Positions 26,531-40,258 are shown, counted from the stretch's first letter. The stretch: DNA of 64,000 nt from Tubulanus polymorphus (GCF_964204645.1 NC_134031.1:11782088-11846087); one strand, 5' to 3'. The notes: generated by a model from the letters alone, not told the origin. Numbers and translations: made by a program.

Positions 26531-28013
26531 TAAACAAGCTGTGTTCCGTTTATGGTTAGAAACGTGGAAGATGGGCTTCAACCTGAAAGGCATGATATGG
26601 ATATTGGATACAAAGAAAACCCAGGTTCACATTATACCTTTGTGTTCTGTTCTTTGGGCTCTGATATTTACACACATTAAATGCAGTAATAAAGTCTAGG
26701 TTCCTTTCGCATATTGGCTATATCGGTTGTCGTTTTCTTTGTTTTATGATTATGTTTAATCATTTTTGTTATTTCAGCAGCGCACACCATTGGTTGTGAG
26801 CGTGCGTGATCAGTCTTGAAATTGGTATTCATGCGCGGCATCGTGCTGGCAATTCAATTCGTTCTTTTTTGACACAATTTCACAATATAACATTTACTTT
26901 CATGTTTGTAAAAATTCTTTTAATTTTCTTTTCATTGAGTGCTTGTGTTAGCAACCATTTGAAAAATCTCTGTATGAACGTTTATATTTTTCAGTTTATC
27001 TAAAACTTAAAAACTGCTTTTCTGTAAAATAAATTCTGAATTGAAGACTGGTTCCCTGTCTCTTCAAAGAGCCAGAGGGCGGTAGTCTATGGTGGCAATA
27101 TCGGATGATCGTAGTGGATTGTCATTTGAAGGAAATGCAACTTATTCTTGCTTAATGTCTTTGTTATCATGGTCAGAGACCATATAGGTATCGTAGCTGG
27201 TAAAAATCCTGCCGTTAACCGAACAACACTTGTAGTACCTCTACTGCTATGGATATAGTTCCATAACGTAGTTCATATAGAACTGATAATCAAGTAATAA
27301 AAAAGCTTGTATACGTGTCATTTGCCTTTGTCTTTATGGTGGCCATCATAGCGAGTTGTATTCAAATTCCCAAATATATGACTTTCTGATAACATTGTGG
27401 AATGCTTTGAGGCTCGCAAAGGGCCTACCAGTCAGCGATTGATTTCTATCAGTTTTACTCGGCAATGAAGCGTTGTCCCCATCACTATCCTCGGGCACTG
27501 ATATGTTTGAAAATAGTTCATAAAAAATACTTCACGGTTGGACGCTGGATGGAACAGAAGGTCGGACTGTATTAAAAGGTAATATTAATTCCCTAATTAA
27601 AACTGAAATCACGAAGATGTTTCAAAAGTTGTCCTGTCGGGAATATTCAATTACCGAGGTTATGGCCTGTGACTGTCGTCGGTGTCAGGATTGTTTTTTT
27701 CGGTCTTGTATGTTGTCAATAAAAATGAGGCCGACCTGACAGCATGATCGAGCGGTCAATCAATTCTAACAATTAATTCTAATATTAGGGTAGGCCAATA
27801 GTAATCGCAAACGATCGCTACCGGTGTCAACCGCGCAAAACATTTCGACTTGTATTCATAGAACTCCTCGTGAGGTCTGTAGTGGTATAACGTTTGCGCC
27901 TCAATTGTGTCTGATGGTTGCGTGAACATGAATCGCATAGCACGCTGGTGAAAAGCGCTGCGCGTGTAGTAGGCCTCTCTCCAGCGTATAGTGTATTGAA
28001 AAATTAATGCATG

Positions 28014-28828
28014 CAGGGCTCAAAATATGCCGTCTGTCGTATCCGACTGTTAGTAAGAATCCTACGGCGGCTGTGAAATATCTCGCCTGATATCAATGAT
28101 AGTATAAAAGCTGTGATCAGTGGTTATATTTGAATGTACTGTTGTCAGTGTGCATCGTGTGAAAACGTCCTCATACGCGTGGACTAGTTTAAGTTTCCAG
28201 GAAATTGGCTGACTTCCAAACTACTGCAAATCATTCTAGCGACTGTCGGTGTTTAAGGAGTAGTGTATATTCGATGAATTACTTCATTTTGAACACATTG
28301 TTGATGCTCCGGATCTTGTTATCTAGACTATTAGACAAATTTCATATGCACAAGGTGAAAACTTTGTTCGGTGAACCATGAACTCTAAAACGAGTCCATG
28401 GATGAACTCTCAGAGACACTCGCAGAGACTATTAGTTTGGGTAGCCTAATAGCAATAGCTGTAATGTGTTCCTAAGTTGTCTGCTTAACCAATCAACAGT
28501 TACTAATTGCCATTACCATACTGCAGTCACTTACACTAGCAAATCAATTAATTTGACATTTCTAAAAATTAAAACATGCAAATTCATGTATACACTATTC
28601 CTGATTCCTGGCTTTTATCACTATTATTGTGCTTTTTTTAGATAGAGAATCTGATTTAAGCATGTCATGAAATTTTCAATAAATAAGCTTTTGTAACCTC
28701 AAGATAACTAAATATGAGATAACTAAATATTTCCGTGAAAACAAGCACTGTGTCAGTGGTCGGGGAAAATATAGCAACTGCTATTTCTTTGTCTGCAACT
28801 GCTATTTCAAATCATTTTGAAAGCCCTG
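28014..28828. mobile_element. hAT-like non-autonomous element with a 6-bp TSD
   Basis: CAGGGCT(TT)CAAAAT TIRs; TGCATG on both flanks (28008-28013, 28829-28834). Confidence 0.8.
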
Positions 28829-29502
28829 TGCATGGTTGCTAGGCATTGAAACTTGAACATGTACACAGTTTCTTGGAGGACCTTTTCAAATGCACAACAG
28901 ATTTTCTTTTATTATGTCATCTTTGACATAACATTTTTGATAGCCTAGGATTATTTTGATCAATTAATTTATTTTATAGTGAAATATCATTTTGGGCATT
29001 AAAAGTCAAAAGATCATGTTTGATTTACTCATTAAAGCCTTATTTTATTTTCTTTCAGATATTTACCATCATTACAGTCACTACTAAAGTCAAGATAAGC
29101 TTTTAAGGTAAGTAGTTTCACATTCAGTTAACCTTTGATACAAACTTCAATGCCTGCAATACCTTCAATACATACTTGATTAAAGTCACTTCAGATTTCA
29201 CTATCTTGAGTATCTATTCAAACATTACCTAATCTATTAAAACAACCAGTTAAGAATATTAATGAAATTAATCCATTAGCTTATCAGAACATGTAATATT
29301 ATATCTTATAATTGTACTGGCCCCTTTGCTTAATTGCCTATAAATCACCATTTCTATATCATTACGGAATTGGAACTTTTTTAATGCCATCAAAGAACTT
29401 CTAGCCTACTCGACGTGATATTTCTTGAAATTCAACATATTTTTAGAACAACATTAATAAAAAGTAATAATTCTGCTCCATTGTATTAACATTTTCTTCG
29501 CA

Positions 29503-32500
29503 ATGAACATCCATGGAAAGCAAATTCTTCCTACAGGAAATCCAGATACTGATTATAATAACACTTACAATATTGAAAAGTGTATTTTGGCGGACATTAA
29601 TCTGGCTGCTGATTTATTTGCTATTCCATCACGTGGGCGACAATGTATTTGTAATAGTTTGCTTGCTTTGATCCATGCTACCTTTCTATCACCTGAAACA
29701 TGGGATAGTAACATATTGCATAATGTACTTATCAGTGGCAATTACTTGTATAATGAAATTATCAACCAGTCTCCTCTTGTACATTCTGATGATAATTATT
29801 TATTGGCCTCAGACACACCTACATACATATCATGGAATGGCATGTACTTCAGTGTATACCATCAGAACTTCATTCATGGTTACTTCGAGAGTGAAACAGA
29901 TCCTAATGTATTGATGTATTCTTTACGGGATGGTCTGACTCTAGCATATATATCAACTGATCATTGTATAATGACTTTTAAGGAATCAGCATTAGCCATT
30001 ATAAAACAAACTAATGATAGGTTTGTAGTATTTGATAGCCATTCCCGTAATTCCCTAGGCATGTTACATAATGACGAACCCACTACGCTAAAGCTGTTCC
30101 CCGAACCCCTTGACCTCACGAGTCGTTGGAGTTGTTACTAGCCGACCAGAATCCAGTCGTACCAATCACAGCGCTTGTAACAAAGGACATTGGGCTTCTG
30201 TTGGTTTTTCCTGTTAAATGGACCAATCAGCGAACGTTTTACCGAACAAGGAAGTTTTTCGCAAATCGATGTATGACGTCATGCGCAACAGCGCCAGTAA
30301 TGAAATCACGCTTCGTGAGGCCAGGGGGCTGGTGGAAGCGAGTTCGGGAGCGATACCGGACCCCTGGCAAGAAAGGATGCATAATGATGGTGTCTGTACA
30401 TGTTTAACACTGCCATCTTTTGAAGACTTGATACATTTTTTGAAATGCCTGAAAGATAGTCTTCAAGTTGTCATTTGAATATACGTTATGTAATAAATAG
30501 GTGAAGATTAGAACCATATCTGAGAGGTTTTTTAAACAAAACCAAAACTAAGAAATTATAAGCTTTTCAGTTGTCGTATTCTGAATATCAATTATCCCGT
30601 GGGCCTATATCTTCCTTCTGTCAGACTAGTTCCTAATGATGTGTCCCATCATCTTGTAAAACCAATCAGTCCTGTATGTGAAAAGTTATGTAATACTAAT
30701 GTCATTAGAGAAATTAATAGACAGGTAGAAAGAACTTACTAATGATAAACGTGTATCATGTCAAAAGAAGAGAAAGTTAGATTCTTTTGAATCAATAGGG
30801 GCTAAAAAAAGAAGAAAAGTTCATGAACTTTCAGCTGTACGTAAACAGAAAACTAAAAGCAATAAAGACTCCCTGGCAAAGTTGATTTTATCATTCAAGA
30901 AAACAATTTCAATTTGTCTGTGTTTTCAAACAACTTATGAATGCAACTTATGAATGCAGCTAATATTTCTATGAGAAAATGTAAAGATGTGTCAAAAATC
31001 TGACTGCTGCTGCAATAATCAATAATATCGTTAAATTGAACGAAGGTTTCAGAGTTCTCAAGTGTCTTAGAGGGAGTCCACCATATTGGGAGAAGTGTAA
31101 ACATGATATTTTTGCGATGATCAGACAGCTTGGTGTGCCGACATACTTTTTCTCTGCATCAGCAGCAGAAACTAAGTGGCTACATCTGCTCAGAATTCTA
31201 GGAAAGGTAGTTGATGGTATCGATTATGACGACTCTGCCTTATCCCAAATGCAGTGGCAAGAACAAATGTCGTCTGATCCAATCAGATCCAGTTACATGT
31301 GCCAGACACTTCGATTTTCTAGTACAACATTATTCTTGCATTTCTTATCTGACAAGATGGACCCAATCGGAGACGTTCAGGATTACTTTGTAAGAGTTGA
31401 ATTTCAACAAAGAGGGTCACCACATAACTATTGTTTGATCTGGATTCAAAATGCACCTCAGTATGGAAAGGATAGCAATGCTGATGTTACTGAATTTATC
31501 GATAGACATATATCTTGCAGTAAATCACATGTATCAGATAACCTTTTGGCCTTGCAGACTCACAGACATTCTCGACTTGTAAGAAAAAGTCAGTAAAATG
31601 TTGCAGATTCAATTTCTCCCAACCTCCCATGCCGCATACCATGATTTTAACTCCTCACAAGATAACTGATGCTACAGTGAAATTTACTCAAAATATTCGG
31701 TACGATCAATACACTTGAAAATTCTGGAAAATCTTTCCAAGAATTTCTGTCTTTCCTTGACATCACTGAAGAAGAGTATATACTAGCTATTCGCTCATCA
31801 ATAAGAAGAAATACTGTTTTCCTTGCACAGACTTTATCGGAATTTACGAATAGATAATTATAATCCTGCAGTTCTGATAGCCTGGCAGGCTAAAATAGAC
31901 TTGCAATTCTGTTTAGACGCATACGCTGTAGCCATGTATATTGTGTCCTAGATGTCAAAAGGTCAGCGTGGTATGTCAAATCTATTGCATGAGGCTGCTA
32001 AAGAAGCTAGAAAAGGGAATGAAGATGTTCGTCATCAGATAAGATCTATTGGTAACAAATTCTTGAATCACACAGAAATATCAGCACAAGAAGCAGTATT
32101 CTTAGTTTTACAACTTCCTTTACGAAAATGCAGCAGAGGATTTGCATTTATAAACACTTCCCCACCTGAAAAACGTACATTTCTTCTCAAGAAATTGGAA
32201 TATATTCAACAAATGCCTGATGATTCTACTGATATTGAAGCAGATAGCGTGATAAAAAGGTACCAACGCCGTCCAAAATCGCTAGAAACTTGGACATTAG
32301 CAGACTTTGTGTCTTTGTTAGATGTAAAATTTGTTCATACTTCAGTGGATGACTCAAATCCAGATGATAATGCTGAGGATGTGGGAAAAGATTTTGTAGA
32401 AAATAAATGTGACAAACAATTCCCACTTCATCTTTCACATAATGTTTACCTATATAAAAGGAAAAAGCCTAAAATTATTCGGTTTGTTCGGTATAATAGA

Positions 32501-35062
32501 TATTCTGATAGTGAAAATTTTTTTTAGCAAAAAATTGATGTTGTAGTACCCTTGGAAGAAAGAGAGTGATCTGAAAGGACAGTATGATTCTTATGAAGAA
32601 CATTACAATGTCATCAGCGTTGCTGTTGATGAGGCCGAACGTCTTTTTAACACATTTACTGTCGACCTTAATGAAATTGAATGACCAATTGATGATGACG
32701 CCCTTCTTTGGGACACTGTTGCCCCTAATACAGAGTACAGAAACACTATTGACATTGAAGCTGGTGGCTTTCCCAGTCCTACATACAGTTCTTTAAACCC
32801 TACCAATCTTGATGTTAAGTACGATTTAGCCCAGGATTTACATATATCCACATGTACTCCTATCCAGCATGAAGTGATGAACAGGAGACTAACCGATTTT
32901 GAATTTTACAAAATGATGAGATCATTGAACTATAGGCAAAAATTGATTGTCAATCATTTGTAGAAACATTTCAAAACTAATACTAAGCAAATATTTGTCT
33001 TTTGTTCCGGTGGTGCAGGAATGGGCAAACCTTATGTCACAAAAGCTCTTTTCCAAGCTCTGGTTAGGTATTTCTATTCACAAGTAGGGGAAAATCCTGA
33101 TGACTGTCAAGTCCTCATAGTAGCGCCTACAGGAAAAGCCGCTCATAACATCAATGGTAGTACACTACATGGAGCATTCCACATACCTGCATCACAAGGC
33201 TATCACTACAAAAGCCTAACTTCAGAAGCCCTCAATACCTTACGGTGCCATCTCAATAAGCTTGAAATTCTCTTCATTGATGAGATATCTATGGTAGGTT
33301 CAGGTATGTTCAATTTATTAACAACCGATTACAAAAGATAAAAGGAAACTGACTCCTTTTTGGTGGCATCAGTGTAATTGCAGTAGGCGATCTGTTTCAG
33401 TTACAACCAGCATTTGATCAGTATATTTTCTGTCATGGAACGAGAGACTACTCTTCATTGGCCTCTAATCTCTGGCAAGATAACTTCAAATCGTTCGAGT
33501 TGGAGGAAATTATTCGACAAAAAGATGTTCTTGCTTTTGCAGAATTACTAAACAGACTAAGAGATGGACGCCAGACATCAGATGATGTAAAACTTCTTAA
33601 GGCCCGTAAGTGTACACTTTCCCCTATAGAAACTCTTTAAGTTACCAAACCTGGTGCTGACAAACAAAGCCGCTGATGAAATAAATAGTAACGTGTTCCA
33701 CAATGCTACAACATTCAAAGTTTGTTGTCAAGCTTTCGATATTGTTATCGGTGATATACCGGATTATAATAAACATAAGATGTTATCATCAGTACCTAAT
33801 GATGCTACTGAAACAGCAGGACTGCATACCATATTACATATTGCTGAAGGTGTACGATATGACCTCACTGCAAATCTAAGTACAGCTGATGGACTTACCA
33901 ATGGTGCTGCCCTCACTGTCAAAAAGATACATTTTGTAGATATTAGTAAAAAAGCCTCTATAGTTTGGGTTTTATTTGATGATAACCAAACTGGTGTGAC
34001 ATGGAGAAGAGATAATAAACATTTGTACTCTCAGGACATTCATGCTACCTGGACCCCTGTTCTACCCATTACACGCCAATTTCAATATAAATTAAATGCT
34101 AATGTATATATTGAAAGGAAACAATTTCCACTGCGCTTGGCTGTTGCGAAAACATTTCACAGAGCTCAAGGAGACACGCTGTCTGAAATTGTTGTAGATT
34201 TCTCAGGCAGACGTGTTCCCCACATTCATTATGTAGTGCTTAGTAGTTGCACTCAATTGTCAAATGTACATATACAAAATTTGAATGAAAATTGTATTTG
34301 CGTAAATGACTCTGTGAAAAAAGAGATGATACGCCTACATACAGAAGCAGTTCTTCAGATACCAGAAATGGACTTTCCTGTCCTCGATTCCAAACATTAT
34401 TTGAAATTATCTTTCCAAAATGTACGATCCCTCAAATCCCATTTCCCTGATATTGCTGCTGACTTCAATACCATTTCCAGTACAGTATTTATTGTAACAG
34501 AAACTCGACTACGCTTCAACAAGAATAACAATAGTATTCTTGATTATGATATACCTAACTTCAACGTCTATCATAATAAAACTAGTAGTAACACCTGTCA
34601 TGGAACGTCTATTTATTACCATGAAACTTTTGGTATCAAATATTCACACACTTAATTACTCAAATATAGAAGTGACTCTTTACAATTCGAATTCATAAGC
34701 ATGTAGACCCTCAGCTGGTTGCTGTGTATCGTTCACCGTCTTTGGCTTTCAGTCATACTTACCCATGCTTTGAAAATTTATTACACTATATTGATCAGAA
34801 CAATCCCTTGATAGTATTTTGTGATTTTAATGTTGATGTAGTCACAATCCAACTTACAATAAACGTAAAGATCTCCTTGCTCAAAACTTTGCTACCTTGA
34901 ACTTGTACATGAACCAACTACAGACTATCATTCAACTTTAGACCACATATATACCATATAGAAAGCAACAAGTTTAGGCATGGTGTTATTGAATCATATT
35001 TCAGTGACCACAAAACCTTGTGGATAGCTCTAGAAAAAGATAAATTTAGGTGTAACCTGTAA
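29503..35062 (+). pseudogene. Helentron polyprotein: peptidase-C76-like cysteine protease, Rep (HUH), PIF1 helicase, AP endonuclease
   Basis: GRQCICNSL..FDSHSRN; LRGSPPYWE..AMIRQLG.PT.F; RVEFQQRGSPH; (Y)MSKG, EISAQEA; GGAGMGK, APTGKAA, IDEISMV, VGDLFQLQP, QFPLRLAVAKTFHRAQG; QNVRSL, ETRL, YRSP, TLDHIY, YFSDHK. Many stops and frameshifts. Confidence 0.93.
30075..30379. mobile_element. 305-bp GC-rich insertion with an 8-bp TSD and no TIR
   Basis: CATAATGA at 30067-30074 and 30380-30387. Removal restores SRNSLGMLHNDGVCTCLTLPSFEDL. Confidence 0.85.
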
Positions 35063-35142
35063 TGCATATACTCATGTATGAATTTCATGATCATCATGTC
35101 ATTCTATTGCACTTTCATATCTAAATAGCATATATTTTACAG

Positions 35143-37684
35143 ATGTTGTCCATTAAAGATATATTCAAGAAAAATAAACGTCCATATACTCTTGTGAAGG
35201 GAAAAGTTATGGCGAAAAAAGTCACTGACCAAAATCTAACGTTCTCTTTGGCTGATAACACAGGTGCAGTAAAATGTGTCACAAGCGAACTGAAACATTA
35301 CGGAAAACTGGAAGTTGGTGATGGAGTCATTCTGTCCAACTTCACTTTTGGTAGAAATGTGGTTCTCCTTCAGAAAAGATCACAGATCAGTTTATCGGCA
35401 GCTATTGACATCAATGTGCCTTCTGACATTGAAACTACCGCTAAACACATAATTCAGCCACCCGAACCTGTGACAGTGACCATAAAAGAGGCACGGAAAC
35501 GAGGTGAAAGTGCCCACCTCATCAATATTGTTGCTACTGTTGATCAGGTAAGTTATATATTTGATTATCATTTTAAAATGATTTCACATCTCTCTGTCCA
35601 AAATGTGGCATCATAGATTATATACCTATCCAAAATTACTAAACAAGTTAATCACTGTTTATGTATGATAACAATAATTATAATTTATGATTTAAAGGTA
35701 TTATAAAAACGAATGCCACACACATCTGACTGTAGAAGTACCCAAATATGTGACAAATCAAAACAATTACTTTGAACCTCTATACTCTACACAGGACGAA
35801 CAACCGCACCCAGTATCTAGCCCATCCAAAGGAACGATAAATGTCAGGAATATTACTCTAACTGACAGTTCGGGAGAGAAAATTCGACTTACTCTCTGGC
35901 AGCCTTTAACAGAAACCAATTTTCAGTCTGGAGGTTAAGCCTTACACACCTATTTTCCAAAAAAGATGCCTACCTCAATGATTTAACTCTACGGACCACC
36001 TCTCAGACTCACATCACAGTAAGTATCTTTTTAATTGTTATGTAGGACCTAAACCATCTAGGGGGACTATACAGTTCAGACACTCCTTGTGAAGGGTCCT
36101 GTGTAGGACTATGATATATTTCGTTCTAAACGCCTGCAGACAAAGTGTATTGCACGCACCCTCAATATCCAGCAGCTTCCTGAATTGAAAAAATCAATGA
36201 CAATGAGGGTTGAATCAAAATAGATTGATTACATAGCGATTCCCTGGTCCAGCCTAAAAAGGAAACATAGCCTCGTAATAATGTAATGATTTAATTGCAT
36301 GCTTCCATTTTTTTAACAGAAATCTAGAAGCCTTGACAAAATGAACTGGAGATTAAGATTGACTATCCATTCATGTCTTTACATTGTCCTCTTTACACCA
36401 ACAGCCTTGCATATCACCATTACTTTTCAAAATACAGTATACCCACACCAAACATGCCAAACTGCATTACAGGTACTTCCAGTAGAAAGTGAAACTGTTG
36501 ACGTGAAATTTGTTGGTTTAGAATCAGAGGATAGGACCAACTATCATGTAACTGCAATATTTTCTGACACAGTTCGCATTTTATCAATTAAAAAAAAATT
36601 GCTGCAAAGGATCGTGACTGGCGAAGATGCCGATCCTGGGAGGGATATGTTGTTAAATCTGTTGCTTGAAAAAGGAGAGCAAACTGTTCATCTTCAAGGT
36701 AAGAGATTGGTCAAATTGCATTTGTTTTTCCCCTTTAACTTATCTTAAAGGGTTCGCAAGATAGTTTGTGAAAAAGTGATTAAATTGTGAAAAACATTAA
36801 CAGTATGCAGGCATAGTAATTTCATGAAAAAAATTTTCAATTATCATTATCCAGTTACAAGAAAAAGTCCCTAGCCCTAGAAACTGGACACTCAAGATTG
36901 CATGCCAAAATTGATTCATTACAAAAGAGCAACCGAGAACAACACATATGGCCCTAAGATAATGTAAACCAGCTTAGCACTTTATCAAAGGGTTTTCACC
37001 AATATGATGGAACATATAAACTTGAATATATGATGCCAGGCAAAATAAAATTGCTTGCTTCTCATCAATTTCATTTTCCATGTGCATCCAAAAAGTCTGA
37101 ATAAAAAAGAATAGAAATTAAAAATCCTAAAAAACAACCTAATCACAGTTTTTAGCCCACCTGGGACTTAAGTCTCATCAGGCTATTGCATTCACTTTTC
37201 GTCCGTCCGTCCATTCATCCATCCGTAGACAGAATCCAGTTATATTGGGAACTTTTGAAGATGCTCAAATGTAATGATATTTGGTTTATACATGTACTAC
37301 CCTAGACACATCTACAGCCCAAAAACTGGCCAAGTCAGGATAAAGGTGAGCTACTAGCAGCCATTTTTCACCGATATCAGCACTTTTCACATTTTTGAAG
37401 TCCAAGGGAAATTCTGAAGATGCTCTAATCAATTATCTTCATCTTTCACGTATGGTTGTATCCCACCACCCCCCCCCCCAACCCCTAACTCAAGAACCAC
37501 TTCATGATCCTTTTTAAGGCACTACTACCGTGAAAATAGTTCATATGGAAAATAGTTCAATGGTCAACATATGATTATTTTATAATAAAACACTAGTTTT
37601 CATTTTTCAGGAACTGTCATCATTGGAACAGATGAACCATCACTAAGCGAGCCAAACTCAGATGAAGTACTATTTGGAGAATAA
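35143..37684 (+). pseudogene. Four-exon OB-fold (RPA-like ssDNA-binding) gene of the Helentron
   Basis: Exons 35143-35547, 35795-36018, 36473-36698 and 37611-37684, with canonical GT-AG and consistent phases. OB-fold motifs FSLADNTGAVKC and NITLTDSSGEKIRLTLW. One lesion (stop/frameshift) near 35936. Confidence 0.75.
37150..37465 (+). mobile_element. HINE family 1 5' fragment in an intron of the OB-fold gene
   Basis: TTTTTAGCCCACCTGGGACTTAAGTC..., (GTCC)n microsatellite, homology to 44780-45071 reversed. Confidence 0.7.
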
Positions 37685-38749
37685 ACTGATCGTGGCATAA
37701 TACATTCCCATATCTACTAATTTAGAATATGTAATTGTTATCTGTAATTCTGAATTACATACCATTCATAAAAGTGACAATTACCTACAAATTACAAGTG
37801 TATCATGACTTTAATTTTATGATTTTCCATGACAGTTGTCTGGAACAACGTTGTTAATTCTTATAATTTTTGTTATGGATGTGCAAGTGTTCAGTAATTG
37901 AATTATATGTTGACTGGTTAATAGCCATTAATTTGACAGATGATGTATCTGCCTGTACCAATTACGGTGCCTGGTTCTAATTCATTTGCTCTATTGTTTA
38001 GCAGGTTCATGCAATTTTTCAACATCATTTAAGTAAAGTGATTAAAGTTGATTTCATGCTTTGGCTAACAGATGTTTTTCGGGTTTTTTTTACAAATAAG
38101 CACTTATATTCATTCATTTAATTTTATTGTGACTGTACAAAGTACAGTATACAAATATTGTTCAATACAATATAATATAGTGACAATACATTCATTCATA
38201 GCAGCGAATAGTGTTATATTAGGGCAATATAACATGGGACTTCAAAGGTTGCTTTAAAGAATTTACATCATTAGAGTGGAATAGGTAAGTCATGTAAATA
38301 TGGTTCAAACTTCAGTTCAAACTTTGATCATAGAATACATTAGTCCTTTTGAGCTGTTGCAGCAATCGGCTCTCCATTTTTTAATACATTGGTCTTGATG
38401 GATCTACTTAATCTAGGTTGTATTTTTTGCACCTCTATTCTATTTTGTTATAGCATTTCTTTCAATCATTATGTCAAATTGTTCAAATCATACCTATACA
38501 TTTATATTAACGTGTTTTCTTTCGTAACTGATGATATAATATTTCATGCATAGCATTCTATTGCAATAACTTCTGTGATATCAAAGAGTAAAAGACGTAT
38601 TTTTTATTTTTTTTTTAGATCACTTATGTATATATATTTATATATACGTATTTTTTATGTATTTTTTGAGAATGTCGCAGAGCGGGATCCTCCGGATCAG
38701 CGATTGACCAGCCGTTTCTTCTCACCAGGAACTGATGACTTTAGTTAAT

Positions 38750-39301
38750 CTAAATAAGATAAAGTTTTTGTTGTATACCTACAAGAAACTTTATTCCAAA
38801 AATACAGAATATCCTGCTTATATGGCAGAATTCTAAAGACTGACCACTTCTGAACATCTATTGAATTATATACATATAATCTCCATCCAAGGAGAACGGT
38901 ATCTCACAACATCTTCATTAAATTGTCCACAAAACAATAGAGTAACTTACATATTACATATCACACTTAATAATCAGCTTTTTCTACTAATTTATATCTC
39001 GATTTCCAAACAGTAAATATTTACATACTATATTCTGATAAAAGACCGAAGATACGACCACTTTCTAACCTACTTAATTAGCATACAAAAAATGGCAGGA
39101 AATTTGATTTCATAAAGGAATTTCCACAATTCCTTTTAACACATCTAATTTCAATGACAAGGCCTATAAATACAGCATAATATAATATCTACGTAAGACA
39201 AACTTACCTAAATAAGATAAAGTTTTTGTTGTATACGTACAAGAAACTTTATTCCAAAAATACAGAATATCCTGCCTATATGGCAGAATTCTAAAGACTG
39301 A
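38750..39301. repeat. ~93-bp direct repeats (38750-38844, 39209-39301) with a unique spacer
   Basis: CTAAATAAGATAAAGTTTTTG...CTAAAGACTGAC occurs twice with 2 mismatches. Confidence 0.85.
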
Positions 39302-39389
39302 CAACACCTCCAGGAAGTCAACCGTGATTCCACGAACACCCATAGAGGGGCGCCAGCTTACAGTTAATAATTTTCACTCTATCACAAGA

Positions 39390-39706
39390 GTATCTGTTAT
39401 GGTAGGAGTTACTATCACAAAGTCGCTGTTGCGGCGGGTGGTTTTACAGTCACCTCTACTGCTAGTGTGCACTATCGAAACCAGGTGTTTAAGAATGGTC
39501 ACTTTTCAATGGTAGACTTTTCGAAACTGCCACTATAAAAAACCAACCGAATTGAAAGGAATACTATTTCAGAGTGACTGTTGAAATGTATACTACTGGA
39601 AAAGTAGCTGACATCGTTAATTGCTTATTGTTCTCAAGTGGCTACTAAGTAAACGTAGACGTTTGGGCTGAATAGTGCGACAGGCATGTTCTTGGATTCA
39701 GCCTTT
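39390..39706. mobile_element. Solo TIR of the long-TIR family seen at 5960-9638
   Basis: Colinear with 9325-9638 and ends at the same GGATTCAGCCTTT terminus. Confidence 0.85.
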
Positions 39707-39797
39707 CAATTTGTTTGTCCCCAGTAGACAGAATCAAGTTATTTTAGGGGTTTTGAAGATGCTTCAATGGATTGTCCTGATATTTAGTTTATACATA

Positions 39798-40258
39798 ATT
39801 TGTTTTTAAAGTTTTTGGGGGAAATTTTGAAAGTGCTTCCTTATCTTGATCTTTCACTTCTATTTGTATCTCCCAAAGGCCCACCAGCAAGTGAAAAAAT
39901 TGGATGGATCAGACCCAAAATAACTGTCCTGTGACATTTTTTATTCCAAAAAGGTCAGTTTTAGCCTAAAGGCTGGCTTACGTCGACAAGCAATGCTGCT
40001 ACGGACGCAACTGAGAGCAAGCGCGACCACAGCCCAGCTTATGTTGACGTTCCAATTCCCAGCATTTTAGGCCGACTACCGGGGTATGAGATCCTCCCAT
40101 TTGCTTTCCTCCTTATGTAGGTTGTGATTGAAAGCAACTGTCAGCCTACAATATTCCCAAGTGGAGCATGGGCATTTAGCCGGATACGGCTTGCGACGAG
40201 GCGGTAGGGGTGCGGTTGCAGTTGCGAGCCCGCTTATGTTAAACAGATTTAAGAGTCT
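39798..40258. repeat. Composite segment (HINE-1 fragment + Harbinger-like MITE) duplicated in inverted orientation at 51612-52075
   Basis: About 460 bp reverse-complement match, including the shared MITE junction. Confidence 0.85.

Larger units (their letters stand above)
29059..38744 (+). mobile_element. Autonomous-type Helentron (Helitron with endonuclease), decayed; 5' end not defined
   Basis: RepHel-EN pseudogene plus OB-fold gene. Candidate 3' end is the hairpin TCACCAG-GAA-CTGATGA followed by CTTTAGTT at 38722-38746. Confidence 0.85.

Noticed and set aside
36744-37517. Possible Kolobok (TTAA-AGGGTT...ATCCTT-TTAA) in the OB-fold gene intron
   Set aside because: The TIRs are too degenerate to support a call.
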